Source: Mytilus trossulus
Lineage: Eukaryota
Reading direction: 5' to 3'
Assembly (NCBI RefSeq): GCF_036588685.1
Contig: NC_086381.1
Coordinates: 22,134,001 to 22,198,000, forward strand
Length of the DNA: 64,000 bases
Shown here: piece by piece, positions 49,620-62,235 of the stretch
Layout: each line of letters begins with the position of its first letter
Numbering within the stretch: position 1 is the first letter of the stretch
The notes under the pieces: model-generated
Seen by the model: the letters and a program-made list of their open reading frames with translations, nothing else
What the model was told of the DNA's origin: nothing
Databases searched by the model: none
Position numbers and translations under genes: made by a program

Positions 49620-52600
49620 GTTTTAAGAGCGTTATCCATTCTGTATGTAAGTTGAAATCACTTGTTTTATCAATTCAAATCTGTAATTATTTATATTGGA
49701 ATACCGTTGTTATTTAAAACACAACTTAGATTATAAGGATTATATCGTTTTGATCACTCGAAATTCCCTCGAGATCAATGCGACTTTAATGTTATTTTAG
49801 AAGCAACACAAGTTAAAATAGTGTGCATCCCTCCAGAATAAAGAAAAAAGACGATAAACAAAAGGTAAGAAATCACGCGAACTCCAAACGGTAAAACACC
49901 GGGAATGTATAAAAAAAAGAGTGTTGCTAAAAATAAAATAAAATAATACCGAACCCCAAGGAAAAGTACAAACGGAAAGTCCCTACGAAAAGGGCAACAT
50001 CAAACACATCAAACGAATTGATAATAAATGTCATATTCCTGAATTGGTACAGGTATTTTCGTAAGTAGAAAATTGTGCATTAAACCTGATTTTATAGCTT
50101 ATTATCATTGTTTCTAGAAAAAAAAGTTTCTCCTGACAAAACTCTTTATTCGAGGGGAGATGCCTGGTATCAAGGATTTTGCTGAAACAGCGTTTTTCAA
50201 ATCCCATATCTCCAGGTGTGATATAAGTGTCGACGCAAATAATATGTAGCTAACTTGGTATCTTAAGACTTTCACGAGAGTTGTTTTATATGGAAATGCA
50301 CGTACACACCTTACATTTTACCTTACATTTCATGTTTTATGACATAACCAAATCAATATTTATTTACCTTTCGAATAGTCCGATAACTTCCTTGTTAATT
50401 TCGACATTAAAGGAATGTTAAACAATATAGGTATATATATATACTTTATTCCCTACTTTCGTATAACCTTTTCCTTCATACAAATACATGTGTTTGTTTG
50501 AATGTTAGTAAGTGTGTTTTGTTTTATATGTTTTTGCATTCTCAATTTAGATATTTGATGGTGTTTATTCGTGCATTAAGACAAGTCGAATGACATTTAA
50601 CTTATGCAATCTGGATGATTCAGTAATTATTGTCATTAAATTTTCGTTATCTATCATACTTATGAATTGAAAAGTGTTTCCTATATTTCTTCCTATTAAC
50701 AGTAGAGGAAAGGAGTAACGAATGCAATAAGCAGCAGTAAAAACAAACCAAAACTAACAATGTAAAGCCGATAAAAAAAGAGAAGTGAAACGCTGGGAAT
50801 CAGAGACATACAAAACAGTTAGACCAAATAATATGATACATGAGGCGAAACGGTCAGGAACCATCCGAACTTAGCAATTTCAACAGACTGAGAGTTACGC
50901 TTCAACAAAAAAAAAGGTTTATCTCATGTATAGATCTACCTTTAAACAACATTCTTAATCATAAACAAGGATTTATACATTGTTTCAAGTGCGGTATATA
51001 TATCCATTTATATATATTGATCTTTGGATTATTCAATGGTTGTCTTTAGGCGTTCCAGAAAAAGAAAAGACAAGAAGTAAAATTTTTTTTTTTTTTAATT
51101 TGGTAAGTAGCAAACTAAAATTTTCGAGAGCAACACTTCTTGTGGTCTTATAGCACATCTCTTTTTAAAAGATTTTCAGTTTTAAAGATACGTATTCCTA
51201 TTTTATTCGAATGTTTTGTATTGATATTGCATATCTCTAGTTTGTCTACCATAATCTCCTAGGGCGTTGCAAACTTCTAAACTAAATCCTCCCGTGAAAG
51301 TATGGATATCCAACTTTATACTCCTCATACAAGTTTTTTTTCTGATTAAGGATGATTGGGAATTAAATTGTTAGAGTAAATTGAAGATGATTGTAAAAGA
51401 CTGGAAAGAAAAACAATGATGTGAAGGTTTTCTCCAATTTAAAACATACATCTTAAATAGATTTATGTAAGACTATTCTCTAAGTCATATCATTTCTATA
51501 ATGCTTCTCGCACTGTATAACTATTCTTTCTTTAATTTTCAAATTTTGACTAGAAAAATATAATGGTATCGACCACTTTGCATTCTTAATGAATCGGGAT
51601 TTGCAAATTCTCAAAAAATTAATAAAAAAACCAAGCATGCGAATGTTGAAATCTTATATCATGCAATGTACAGTACTTTTCAAATAAAATAATTGAGAAA
51701 AAATGTAATATAGCATTTCAAAGCAAACACTATTAAACCACATATAAATTGAGCTGTGAAATTCTTCACTTTAGCAGGATGTTGGACTCCTTAGATAAAC
51801 TGACAAATCATTGCACATTTTGATTTTTTGTATCCACATTACAACTATACTGTTCTGTTTAAATATAAAAAGACAACTTTAATTGGTGTGTATAAAAGCA
51901 TAATTTGTTTTAAATCCGTATTTTCAAACACAATCCCTATTAAAACCAATTTGTGGTCATGCTTTTGGTTTGGGTATTTTGAGGTGTAAATCCTGTTGCT
52001 TTACATGCTATTTCCCTTTCCCTTTTTGTCAAGATAAGTCATGAATATTTCATGTAAGAGAAAATTCAAAAAAAAATTGATATAATAGCAATAATTATAA
52101 TGATAATACTATTGGTAATAATAACATCAATAATAAAATAATAATAATAATAAAAATACGTAGACTGACAATAATGATAATACTATAACTAAATAGATTA
52201 GTATCTGTTATGAGTCATTTTTGGCATTTAAGACGCAACTTGTAAAACAAAAATTGGTTTTCACTTTTATTGTGTATATACGTATAAAAGTAGGAATAGA
52301 AAAAAAATATAAAAGAGAGCCGAAAGATAACAGAGGTACTGTCAAACTTATAGATCGAACATAAACTGTCAACGCCATAGCTAAAAAAGAAAAATACAAA
52401 CAGACAAATAATAATGCACAAGAAACAATAGAGAAAACTAAAGACTACGCAATACGAATCACATCGAAGGTGCTCCGGAAGGGTGAAAAGATCCTAGTAA
52501 ATAGTTTTTTTTATATACCAAAACCATCAAACAGTGTTCTATTTACATTCAAAAGAAATTGAATACAGTAGAAAGACGATATTTACAAGAACGACCAAAG

Positions 52601-53094
52601 CGAGTAAAGCCCAGCACAAAAAAAGCTGGAACCTATAACATTCAACTGGGTTTCCAGATTACGATAAATTTGATAAATGTTAAGGCCGGTAGAAATTCAT
52701 TTCGAAATATCTTTTATAAGCAAGCTATAACAATTTTCCATTCATTTTTATTGTTGCGATTATCAAAAACGTTGCGTCCTGATTTTGTTGCAATCAACAT
52801 ATTTCATTGCATGTTTTAAAAAGAAAATTACATGACACAACCTTCCTAACCTAGGATTAATGCGTAGGGCACTGCCACTAATTCTTGTGCCAAGATGAAG
52901 TCTTACAAGACCATCGACAGACCATTACACAACATGGTGTATGCTAAGATTAAAAAAACACTTATGAACTTATATATAAAGCTAAAGTAGTATTGTAAAA
53001 GAGTGATCTTCCGCGTATTAAATAACTATTGCTTACCAATTATACTCGGTGTCTGTTACCAAGAATCTAAATCAATTAGGTCTCATACTACTGA

Positions 53095-53330
53095 TAGGTT
53101 TAGTTAGCTATTAAAGCAGGTTTAGTTAGCTATAAAAGCAGGTTTAGTTAGCTATAGAAGCAGGTTTAATCCACTATTTTCTGCTCAAGAAAAGCCTGTA
53201 CAAAGTCAGGAATATGAAATTTGCTATTTATTCGTTTGATGTGTTTGAGCTTTTGATTTTGGCATTTGATGATGGACTTTCCTATTTGAATTTTCCTTGA
53301 AGTTCAGTAGTTTTTGTGATTTCACTTATT
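53095..53330 (+). repeat. Dispersed repeat (family C) with a local 3 x 22-bp tandem expansion
   Basis: AGGTTTAGTTAGCTAT..AAGC x3, then GCCTGTACAAAGTCAGGAATATGA...TTCGTTTGATGTGTTTGAGC. Other copies at ~19305-19610 (-), ~30160-30450 (-), ~35770-35940, ~43870-44022, ~49945-50098 (-) and ~59040-59182. Confidence 0.7.
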
Positions 53331-54870
53331 ACCAATATTGAAAAATCGTTCAAAAATACATAATCCTAAATAATTTTCAAAGTTATATCGCTCGTCGATC
53401 GGTAAATTTTTGTGAGTGTACTATCTCTTTGAGATATTTTCTAATGTCACACTGAAGAAGTGTCAAAAATCTGCCTAGAGTATTCATAAAAAAGGACCGA
53501 AAGGAGTTGATACACATGATAAATATGACTTGTTTTATTTCACAAAATCTACAGTAAGTACAGGCAACTGATGCATAATAGAACGTTGTGAGGCATGGCA
53601 GGATCCCGACAAATAAACGTGATATGTAGTCCATGTTTCAGAAACAAAATAATATTTTTGAATTTAGATGAGAAAGTTTTTCCTAGTCTGCCGAAGATAG
53701 CAACAGAAACCAAATACTTGAGTTTCATTTGTGCACAGGTGTGTCTGTATGTTAAGAATAAATTGTAATGAACATACGGCCATATTAACCCAAAGGTTAT
53801 GATCAATCCCAAGTATTTTCATATTTAAAATCTTCTTTAGAAATTACAAAGGATATTACATTTGTTTTTAACGGCATATTTAAACAATACTTTACAGTTT
53901 CCTATAAAGTATTTTTTTTTATGAAAATATACTGTTTAACTTCAAAGTAACCAATTCGACCGTATTATTTATGAATTGTTAACTTACACACAAAAGATTT
54001 CCATAGTTATTAACAAAAAGTATTACGTATACTTATACAAGAGCATAATAAGACTCGGTTTAAGATTTTAAACTCCTAAAATTGATGAAGGACGCCTCCA
54101 GGTGCGGGAATTTCTCGCTACATTGAAGACCTGTTGGTGACCTTCTGCTGTTGTTTTTTTATTTGGTCGGGTTGTTGTCTCTTTGACACATTCCCCATTT
54201 CCATTCTCAATTTTAACTATACACCGTTCGGTGTTCAATACTAATAAAACATGCCATGCAGTTATTTATAAATGATCACTTGAGAACGAAATGTAGAACA
54301 AAGCACCATGGGTACATATCATCCGCATTTAAGTTACATACACCCAAACAAATATGACAAACGACAATTGAAAAAAAACAGTCTGCAAGAACTTAATTAC
54401 AAGCCCTTCTTCCAAATAGAAAGTGTGCTTCATTTCGATCACCGTTATGAAAAAATTAATCAAAACAAAACATTGGCTCAAATAAAAATCTAAACTTTCA
54501 TATAGATCTTCACATAATTTGAAGTTATTCTGTTACATCTTTGGTTTTTTTGGTAAAAGTTTTTGCGACGTATATACGGAAATGATAGGTTGAATAGAAA
54601 AACTACAGACTGTACTGTCTTCATCAACATAAAATGTATCCGAAAAATCAAACATAGAATACTCATATGCCATAAGGAATAAAGCTATCCTTTCTATACC
54701 ATCTAAAGTATGTTTTCTTTATAATAGTTGTCACAAATTCTCTAGCACTACTGACAAATGTCATGTAGACGACGATCGAGTCTGACAAAAAATAAATTAT
54801 AAGCCTGGTATCTTTGAATAACTTCTATAATAATACCAATGCTTCTAATTTTAGATAACACTCAAAAACC

Positions 54871-57800
54871 ATGTCGTGTTGTACAAAAATTATGAGAAAA
54901 ATTCAAGCCAAAGAGATAGAAGTAGATGATCTTGGTAAAGCAAAACAATTTAGATTATTCAGTATTGCTCGTCCACATATGCGAAGCTTCCATGCCTCAT
55001 GGTTTTGTTTCTTTGTCGCTTTCACGTCATGGTTTGGTATTCAACCACTACTCCCTACAATAAGGAAAGAGCTTGAATTATCTAAAACAGATCTTGCTAA
55101 CTCTGGAATTGCCAGTGTTGCCGCTACAATCGCAGTTCGAGTGATAATTGGACCGATGTGTGACAAGTTTGGACCTCGAAAGATAATGTGTAGCCTTTTG
55201 ATAACAGGTGCTATACCAATGGCACTAGCTGGCTTAATAAAAACTGGAACGGGTCTTATTGTATTACGATTATTCGTTGGAATATTAGGTGGAACATTTG
55301 TTCCGTGTCAATTCTGGACTTCAGCTATGTATAATTCTAAGATTGTTGGAACAGCTAATGCCATAGCTCGTGGATGGGGTAATCTAGGGGGAGGATTCAC
55401 ATTTATTTTGATGCCAGGATTATTCCAGTTAATAAAAGTAATAGGAGCAGACGAATTTATGGCATGGAAATTAGCAGTCGTGGTTCCTTCATTAATTTGT
55501 GTATTAACAGGTACGTAAAATATGTCTTACATCAACAAGATATTTGGAAACAAAGATTAAAACTGTGATATATATACTAAACAAAATCTTAATCACTTTA
55601 ATCTCTTTTTATTCAAGAAGATTGCAAAACTATGCTTGTGTTAATCTCAACAGAAATCTAACAACATTTCAAATAATCGTCATTGAAAAATTTCAGAGTT
55701 CTGTTATGATCGAAATGATATTTTGTTTTGTTTCAAAAAGCGAAAATTATGTTTTGTATTATACACGCATTTGTGTCTACTCAGATGTGTAAGCATTTTG
55801 CAATTGAGCGGAAATCAAACCGTTGTCTTTCTCGTTTGATTAGATTTGATTTTTATATGTTTGCATGTCAAGGTCATTGGTAGTTTGCTATGTAGTTATG
55901 GTAATGTTCACTGTTGGAGGAAGTGCGATGAGCTATTGTTGCTAAACTCAACGTCATGTTGTCTCTAATAGATTGTTGTCACTTTATGAATCATACACAG
56001 GTTCTTAATTTTATAATGGTAACATTCAAATATTGGCCTATTTTATTTATATCTCTGATAAATTTAGACTTAGGACTTTCTTGCTGTCATTGCTATACAA
56101 AAGTGTCTATGATAACTTTGTAAATGACCAGACGTAGTAACACAGAAACACGCATGTATCCTTTGGCTGTAATTTTCCTTCTATTTTGGAACACAATGCC
56201 ATTTTTAAACTTTGTATTTGAATCGTGGGACTCATAGTACCTTTACCGATACACATTATTATATAAAGTTTGATTCTTAAAATAAATATCTGTAAATTCT
56301 TTAATCATAAACTGAGTGATGATTACCGAAGTTCGTTGCAACCGTATACCATTTGTTAAGTGCTATCAACATTAAACAACTAAATTATTTTTTTCAGGCA
56401 TTTCTATAATTTTCACATCTGATGATTGTCCTCAAGGACATTGGGACAATCGGCTTATGCCAACCACACTAACATGTTCTACAGACAAAACGAAACAAAC
56501 GCAAGGAGTCACCAACCAAGGATTCGAACACACTTCAGATGAAGACGGTAATGCAAGTAAAGGTAAAAACCTTCATTCACAATAGAAAAAGACTAGAAAG
56601 CAATAAAAGGACGTAAAAAATGTACAAGAATAAAAAAAAACATATATCAAGCTTTAATTCTAAGATTCATAAGAAGTGAAGGTTCCAACTTCTTCTGGTC
56701 AAGTTAATTTCTGTGTCATTTTGGTCTGTTATGGAGAGTTGTCGCATTGGCAATCATACCACATCTTCCTTTTTATACTTAGGTGTATTTTGCTATTCAT
56801 TACTCGTCCCGTTTGGTCATATAGATAATCAGGATTTCGAGGATTAAATTTTGGCTTTCATTTTGAAGACTTAAACGCTACTTGTGAAGGTTCTTCGAGG
56901 AAAGTGCTTTGAAATTATCACAATTATAGATTATCATTCTTATGTGTGTGTGTTTTTTAAAATCGGTTTGATATGTTTTGAAGTTATTAGTTGGAGAGTA
57001 ACGTTTTACAATGTATTTTTTTTAAAGATTTTGTGTTCGACAGGAACCTCCATCGGATCGTCACCATAGTTATAATTTTTTCATCGATTAATAATTATCT
57101 AAAATACAATACGTATACCTGTAAAAATATGTTTTCTCTTTTTTACAGCTGTAAGTGAAACACATATTGACGGAAAGAAATTTGAGCCTTCATCATCAGA
57201 AATTCGAAACAACAATGAAAAACACATATCTAATCAAAGCAACAGGTTTTGGTCAATAATAACTATATTGGTTTTGGTGATACAGTATGGGATGTGTTTT
57301 GGTGTTGAAATTGCTGTCAATACCGTTATGAACCTTTATTTCTTGTACAACTTTAAAAAGGAGGGTTGTGTAGAATGGAGTAATTCATTCTCTAACATTA
57401 CAATCACAACAATGAAAAGTGAAGTTAAAGAGGCGGACACAAATGAATGTAGTATCCTAGGTCAAGATACTGCAAGTTTAATTGCATCATTGTTTGGTTT
57501 GATGAATCTATTTGCTAGGGCAATGGGAGGAATATACTCAGACATAATGCGAAAATATTTAGGTATAGCTGGTCGTCTTGTTGCTCAATTTACATGCTTA
57601 GTATGTGAAGGTATAATGTTGATAATATTTAGTCAAATGTCTACTATATCAACGTCCATAGCTGTAATGATATTTTTCAGCATGTTTGTCCAGATGTCAG
57701 AAGGAACAACATTTGCTATTGTACCGTATGTCTTACCTTCTCACGTAGGAATTGTTGCGGGGTTAGTTGGAGCAGGAGGAAATGCAGGGGCTCTTGTATG

Positions 57801-57972
57801 GAATACATTATGGCGTCAGTTTGTTGAACAAAATCCAAGTCAGTGGTTTTGGCTTTTGGGCATTATAGTTTTATCCGGAAGTCTGTTGACTTTTTTAATC
57901 GAAGTTCAGGAAAAAAGAATTTGGAATGTATTTTTGTGTTGTAAACATAAGGAAAGAAAATACACCATATAA
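54871..57972 (+). CDS. NRT2: NRT2/NarK-family nitrate/nitrite transporter, paralogue 2; 3 coding exons, 542 aa
   Basis: Exons 54871-55510, 56398-56562 and 57149-57972. Intron positions and phases, and the lengths of exons 1 and 2 (640 and 165 nt), are identical to paralogue 1. Same motifs, except signature 1 reads ARGWGNLGGG. Confidence 0.92.
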
Positions 57973-58239
57973 ATCATAAATAAGCCTGCCTCTACTGAAT
58001 GAACATTAACATTTGTACTTCCTATTTTTCTGGGTTTTTTTCTTTCCATCCTCTGTCTTTGTCTGCGAATGGTTGATAAACAATCACAACTGTTGATATT
58101 AAGAATCACAAGAACATATTAGTTAATGTGAATGAACATTGTCTGTAGTCAGTAGTTTAATGATGTTCAAAACACATTAAACCGTAATTTACACATTTAG
58201 GTATACAAACAAATCACATGAACTTTTCTTTTACTAAAT

Positions 58240-58977
58240 AATTCAAAATTTGGTGACCAAGCGGAACACATCAATCTCATCGAACTAGAGATAAAGGATA
58301 CTACAGATACAGTTAAGTCGGCTTCATATCTTGACTTACATCTAGAAATTGACAATGAGGGTCGGTTGAAAACAAAACTTTACGACAAAAGAGATGATTT
58401 CAGCTTTCCAATTGTGAACTTTCCATTTCTAAGAAGCAACATTCCAGCAGCACCTGCATACGGGGTACATATCTCCTAATTGATACGATATTTCCGTGTT
58501 TGCATTTCCTATCATAATTGTCTTGATAGAGGGTTGCTGCTCAAAAAGAAGCTATTAAATCAATAGTTCTAAATGTTGAAGTTGAAATCATCCTTTCGTA
58601 AAATTTATGGACGCCATCACGAGTTGGTTGACCGTTATGGAATAACCGTTTCACAAATGATATCGAATATGTTTCTTACTACAATCTCCTTCCCTTTCAT
58701 GAATGTGACCTACCGAATTAGACTTTGTACCGGATTTGTTATCACATTAGCAACACGATGGGTGCCACATGTGGAGCAGGATTTACTTACCCTTCCGGAG
58801 CACCTGAAATGACCCTTAGGTTTTGGTGGGGTTCGTGTTGTTTATTCTTTAGTTTTCTATGTTGTGTCATGTGTACTATTGTTTGTCTATTTGTCTTTTT
58901 CATTTTTAGCCATGGCGTTGTCAGTTTGGTTTAGATTTATGAGTTTGACTGTCCCTTTGGTATCTTTCGTCCCTTTT
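58240..58977 (+). mobile_element. 5'-truncated Penelope-like retroelement (RT C-terminus plus 3' end)
   Basis: ELEIKDTTDTVKSASYLDLHLEIDNEGRLKTKLYDKRDDFSFPIVNFPFLRSNIPAAPAYGV...YGRHHELVDRY is a PLE RT palm/thumb region. It has stops and no following GIY-YIG domain. Confidence 0.8.
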
Positions 58978-61900
58978 TTAAAAGAACAACCGGATGCGTT
59001 GACGTCACTGGATCTTGACGGTTCCGTAAGACTGTTTAGAAAATGACTGTACCAAGTCAGGAATATAACAGTTATTATCAATTCGTTTGATTTGTTTCAG
59101 CTTTTGATTTTTGCCATTTTATCACGGACTTTCTCTATGCCAAATTTTCCTTGGAGATCAGTATTTTTGTGATTTTACTTCTTAAATGCGGTGCCATAAT
59201 TGAATTTTGATTTTTTGTTCGAAACAGTTCGTTCATAATACCGAGTCTTTGTGTATGCAAAATTGATAGGAAATTGATGTGATATACTCAAGAGAAATTG
59301 TCCTGCTTTTGATAGGTAAAGTAATATCTATTTTTTTCACGTTTTCACGTTTTCATTTCATAGCTTTTAAATTATTTTTAGTTTAATTCACCAAAATTAA
59401 CGGGTGGGCATTCCGTGTTTGTTATTCAAAAGTTGATTTAAAGCATGGTTGTTGAGTATATAACTTGTTTAAAATGCGATGCAAGTAGTGAAATTTAATG
59501 ATGTACATCCTTTAACCCTGCAGTCATTTTCAGTGAAAATTTTTAGTTTTTCTAAGGTTTCAAAGCATATCTATAGACATCAAAAACGTTATTTTGTGCA
59601 ATTCTGGTAAAATAATTATCAAAGATACCACGCTTATAATTTAACACACCAGACGCGCGTGTCTTCTACATCCGACTCACCAGTGACACTCAGATCAAAA
59701 TAGTTAGAAAGCAAAACGAGTTCAAAGTTGTAGAGCATTGAAGGCCCAAAATTCATAAAAGTTGTTCCAAATACGACTAAGGTGATATATAAAGGCAACA
59801 GTAGCACTCCACTGTTCGAAAATCGCAAACCGATTGAGAGAAAAAAAAATTAGTTACAAACTTAAACTGAGGGAAACACATCAAATATAAGAGGAAAACA
59901 ACGAAACAACAAACATACTAAAGTACAACAAAAAACAATGGACACTGCAACCGGTTCAAATGCTTTACAAGATAATTTGGATATACGTTATAAGATGCAT
60001 TACCACCAAATCGGGTCGATCGAAAGAGCATACTGGAAAGAAGTACATTTGTAAAACAATATAGTTTCTACGCAAATGTGTAAATGTCAAACAATGTAGA
60101 ATGTATTTGATAATTTAGGTATCAAATGAAAGATGCAAGACTAATTCTCTTTTTATAACCCTTATTGTCTGACTAGTTTGAATAATACAAAAATGTATGA
60201 ATGAGTTATAAAATTAATGCTATATTGTTCGTGTCTTAAAAGAACCTAGTTTGGTGTATACAAATATTTAGTTATCCGTACCGTCTGATGTGTAAATAAC
60301 GGTTTATTGATCTCTAAACAAATGATTGAAGTGAAAAATTACCGTGCCTATGAATGGAGCTAAGACTAGGTTGTGTGCGGCTATCTAAAAATTGAGGGAG
60401 TTATCTCGCACAATCAAGAGAAATAATTGAAGATTAATTGCAGCAGAACTTAAAAGATACAGCAGAGCATACATCTCAAGGACGGAGAATTTTCTACGGC
60501 CCCACAACAGCATGGGGGACAAACTCCGTTAACTTAAAAACAAGTATTCTTTGCAAACATGATTTGAGTAGACTTTATAAGTTGAAACACCGCTAAATCG
60601 GTCCCAGTCGAAAAGAAAATACTTGCAAATAGTACGTAGTTAAACCAAAATAGTTCCTACGCATATATGTATAATATATTATAAGCTTATCATATCTCTT
60701 TTCAATAAAACAATCCCACTCAAGTATCAAATCCAACAAACACATGTTTCTAAGCGGTAAATGTCTGTTTGAGGTACTGTTCAAATTTCGTCAATACACC
60801 GGAAATATAAACAACTGTTATACAAGTGTGATAACACTGACTTTTACATAATTTCATTCATCATGCCTCTCGAAAATGCCTGTACCAATTGGGGAATGTT
60901 ATTACTGTATGACAGTAGTTTTCTATTCGTTGCGATACAGTCTAACTTTTGTTTTGTCTGTTTTATTGGATTTCGCCGCATTCAATTGCAGAAGGTTATT
61001 TTCCTTACATAGTTATTGATAATTTTGGTCTGTTACCTTAAGGACGCTTAACCATGAAAATGGATTAAATAGTCACCCTGTTTGGACGAGCTAACAAAAT
61101 TAATCAACAACTAACAAAAAAAATATAATAAAAATATATGCTATCATCAAAAGAAACTGAACACATTATTTATGTATGTGCCTGTCCGAAGTCAAGAGCC
61201 TGTAATTCAGTGGTTGTCGTTGGTTTATGTGTTACATTTTTGTTTTTCGTTAATTTTTTTATATAAATATGGCCGTTAGTTTTCTCACGTGAAATGTTTT
61301 ACATTGTCTTATCGGTGCCTACTATAGCTGACTTTGCGGTATGGGCTTTGTTCATTGTTGAAGGCCGTACGGTGACCTATAGTTGTTAATGTCTGTGTCA
61401 TGCATTCGGTCTCTTGCAGACAGTTGTCTGGTTGGCAATCATACCACATCTTCTTTTTTATACTTATAGACATATAATTACTCATAAAAATAAAATTACT
61501 CAGATAAATAAAATAAATTTAGATAATGAAAGTGTTATTATCTAAATTGTCAAACTGTTCAAATTTTCTAAGTTTAGCATTACATGAGCCTACAAACTAT
61601 GAGCAGATAAATAAATATCACTGACAGGTTCACTATATCTACAATTGAAGATATTACTTGCCCATTATGCTTTTTCAAATAACTCCAGCGCTATAAATAT
61701 ATCGTATCGACTTGTAAGTGAAGTATCAAACTTCCTTGTCAACAAACATGTGTCGCAAAATTAATTACTTGTCACAAGCTGTATTATAAAGATCATATCT
61801 CTATGTTGTCCGTCCTTGATCTCTTATTTTAAAATTTGTGTAGCAATAAAGTTATAATTGATATTTCTTCATTACTCTTAACTCTTTTGCTTGACATGCA

Positions 61901-62235
61901 TTACACATTGTCATATATTAATAGTTTATGATGATGTCTATTTCGCAGTTAGGTAATTTTGTCCCTGTTGAAATTTATATGTATAAGCCTTAGTGTAGTT
62001 CAAGTATATATTCTAATAATTTAGAGAAAAGTGCAATTAATAGTATGCAACTTTAAGAAGTTAAATACAAAGAAATAAGCTTCAATGTGTATCAAAATTG
62101 TATCAGAATCGGACACGGTGGAAGGTTAAGAAACCAAACTACACCCGGTTCTTATACTATAATGGCGAGTTGACTTAAATTAAGCTATATCGTTAATAAG
62201 GGAGACAAAATACAACTGACGAATTAAAAAGTGTC

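Noticed and set aside
52080-52200. (AAT)n-rich tract
   Set aside because: Ordinary degenerate microsatellite.
54762-54825. Hammerhead-repeat relics upstream of both NRT2 start codons as a shared regulatory element
   Set aside because: The family is high-copy, the two fragments differ in extent and distance, and both are degenerate; coincidence is likely.
40857-57972. NRT2 genes as algal or bacterial contamination
   Set aside because: They have conserved spliceosomal introns filled with the same host repeats found across the window.
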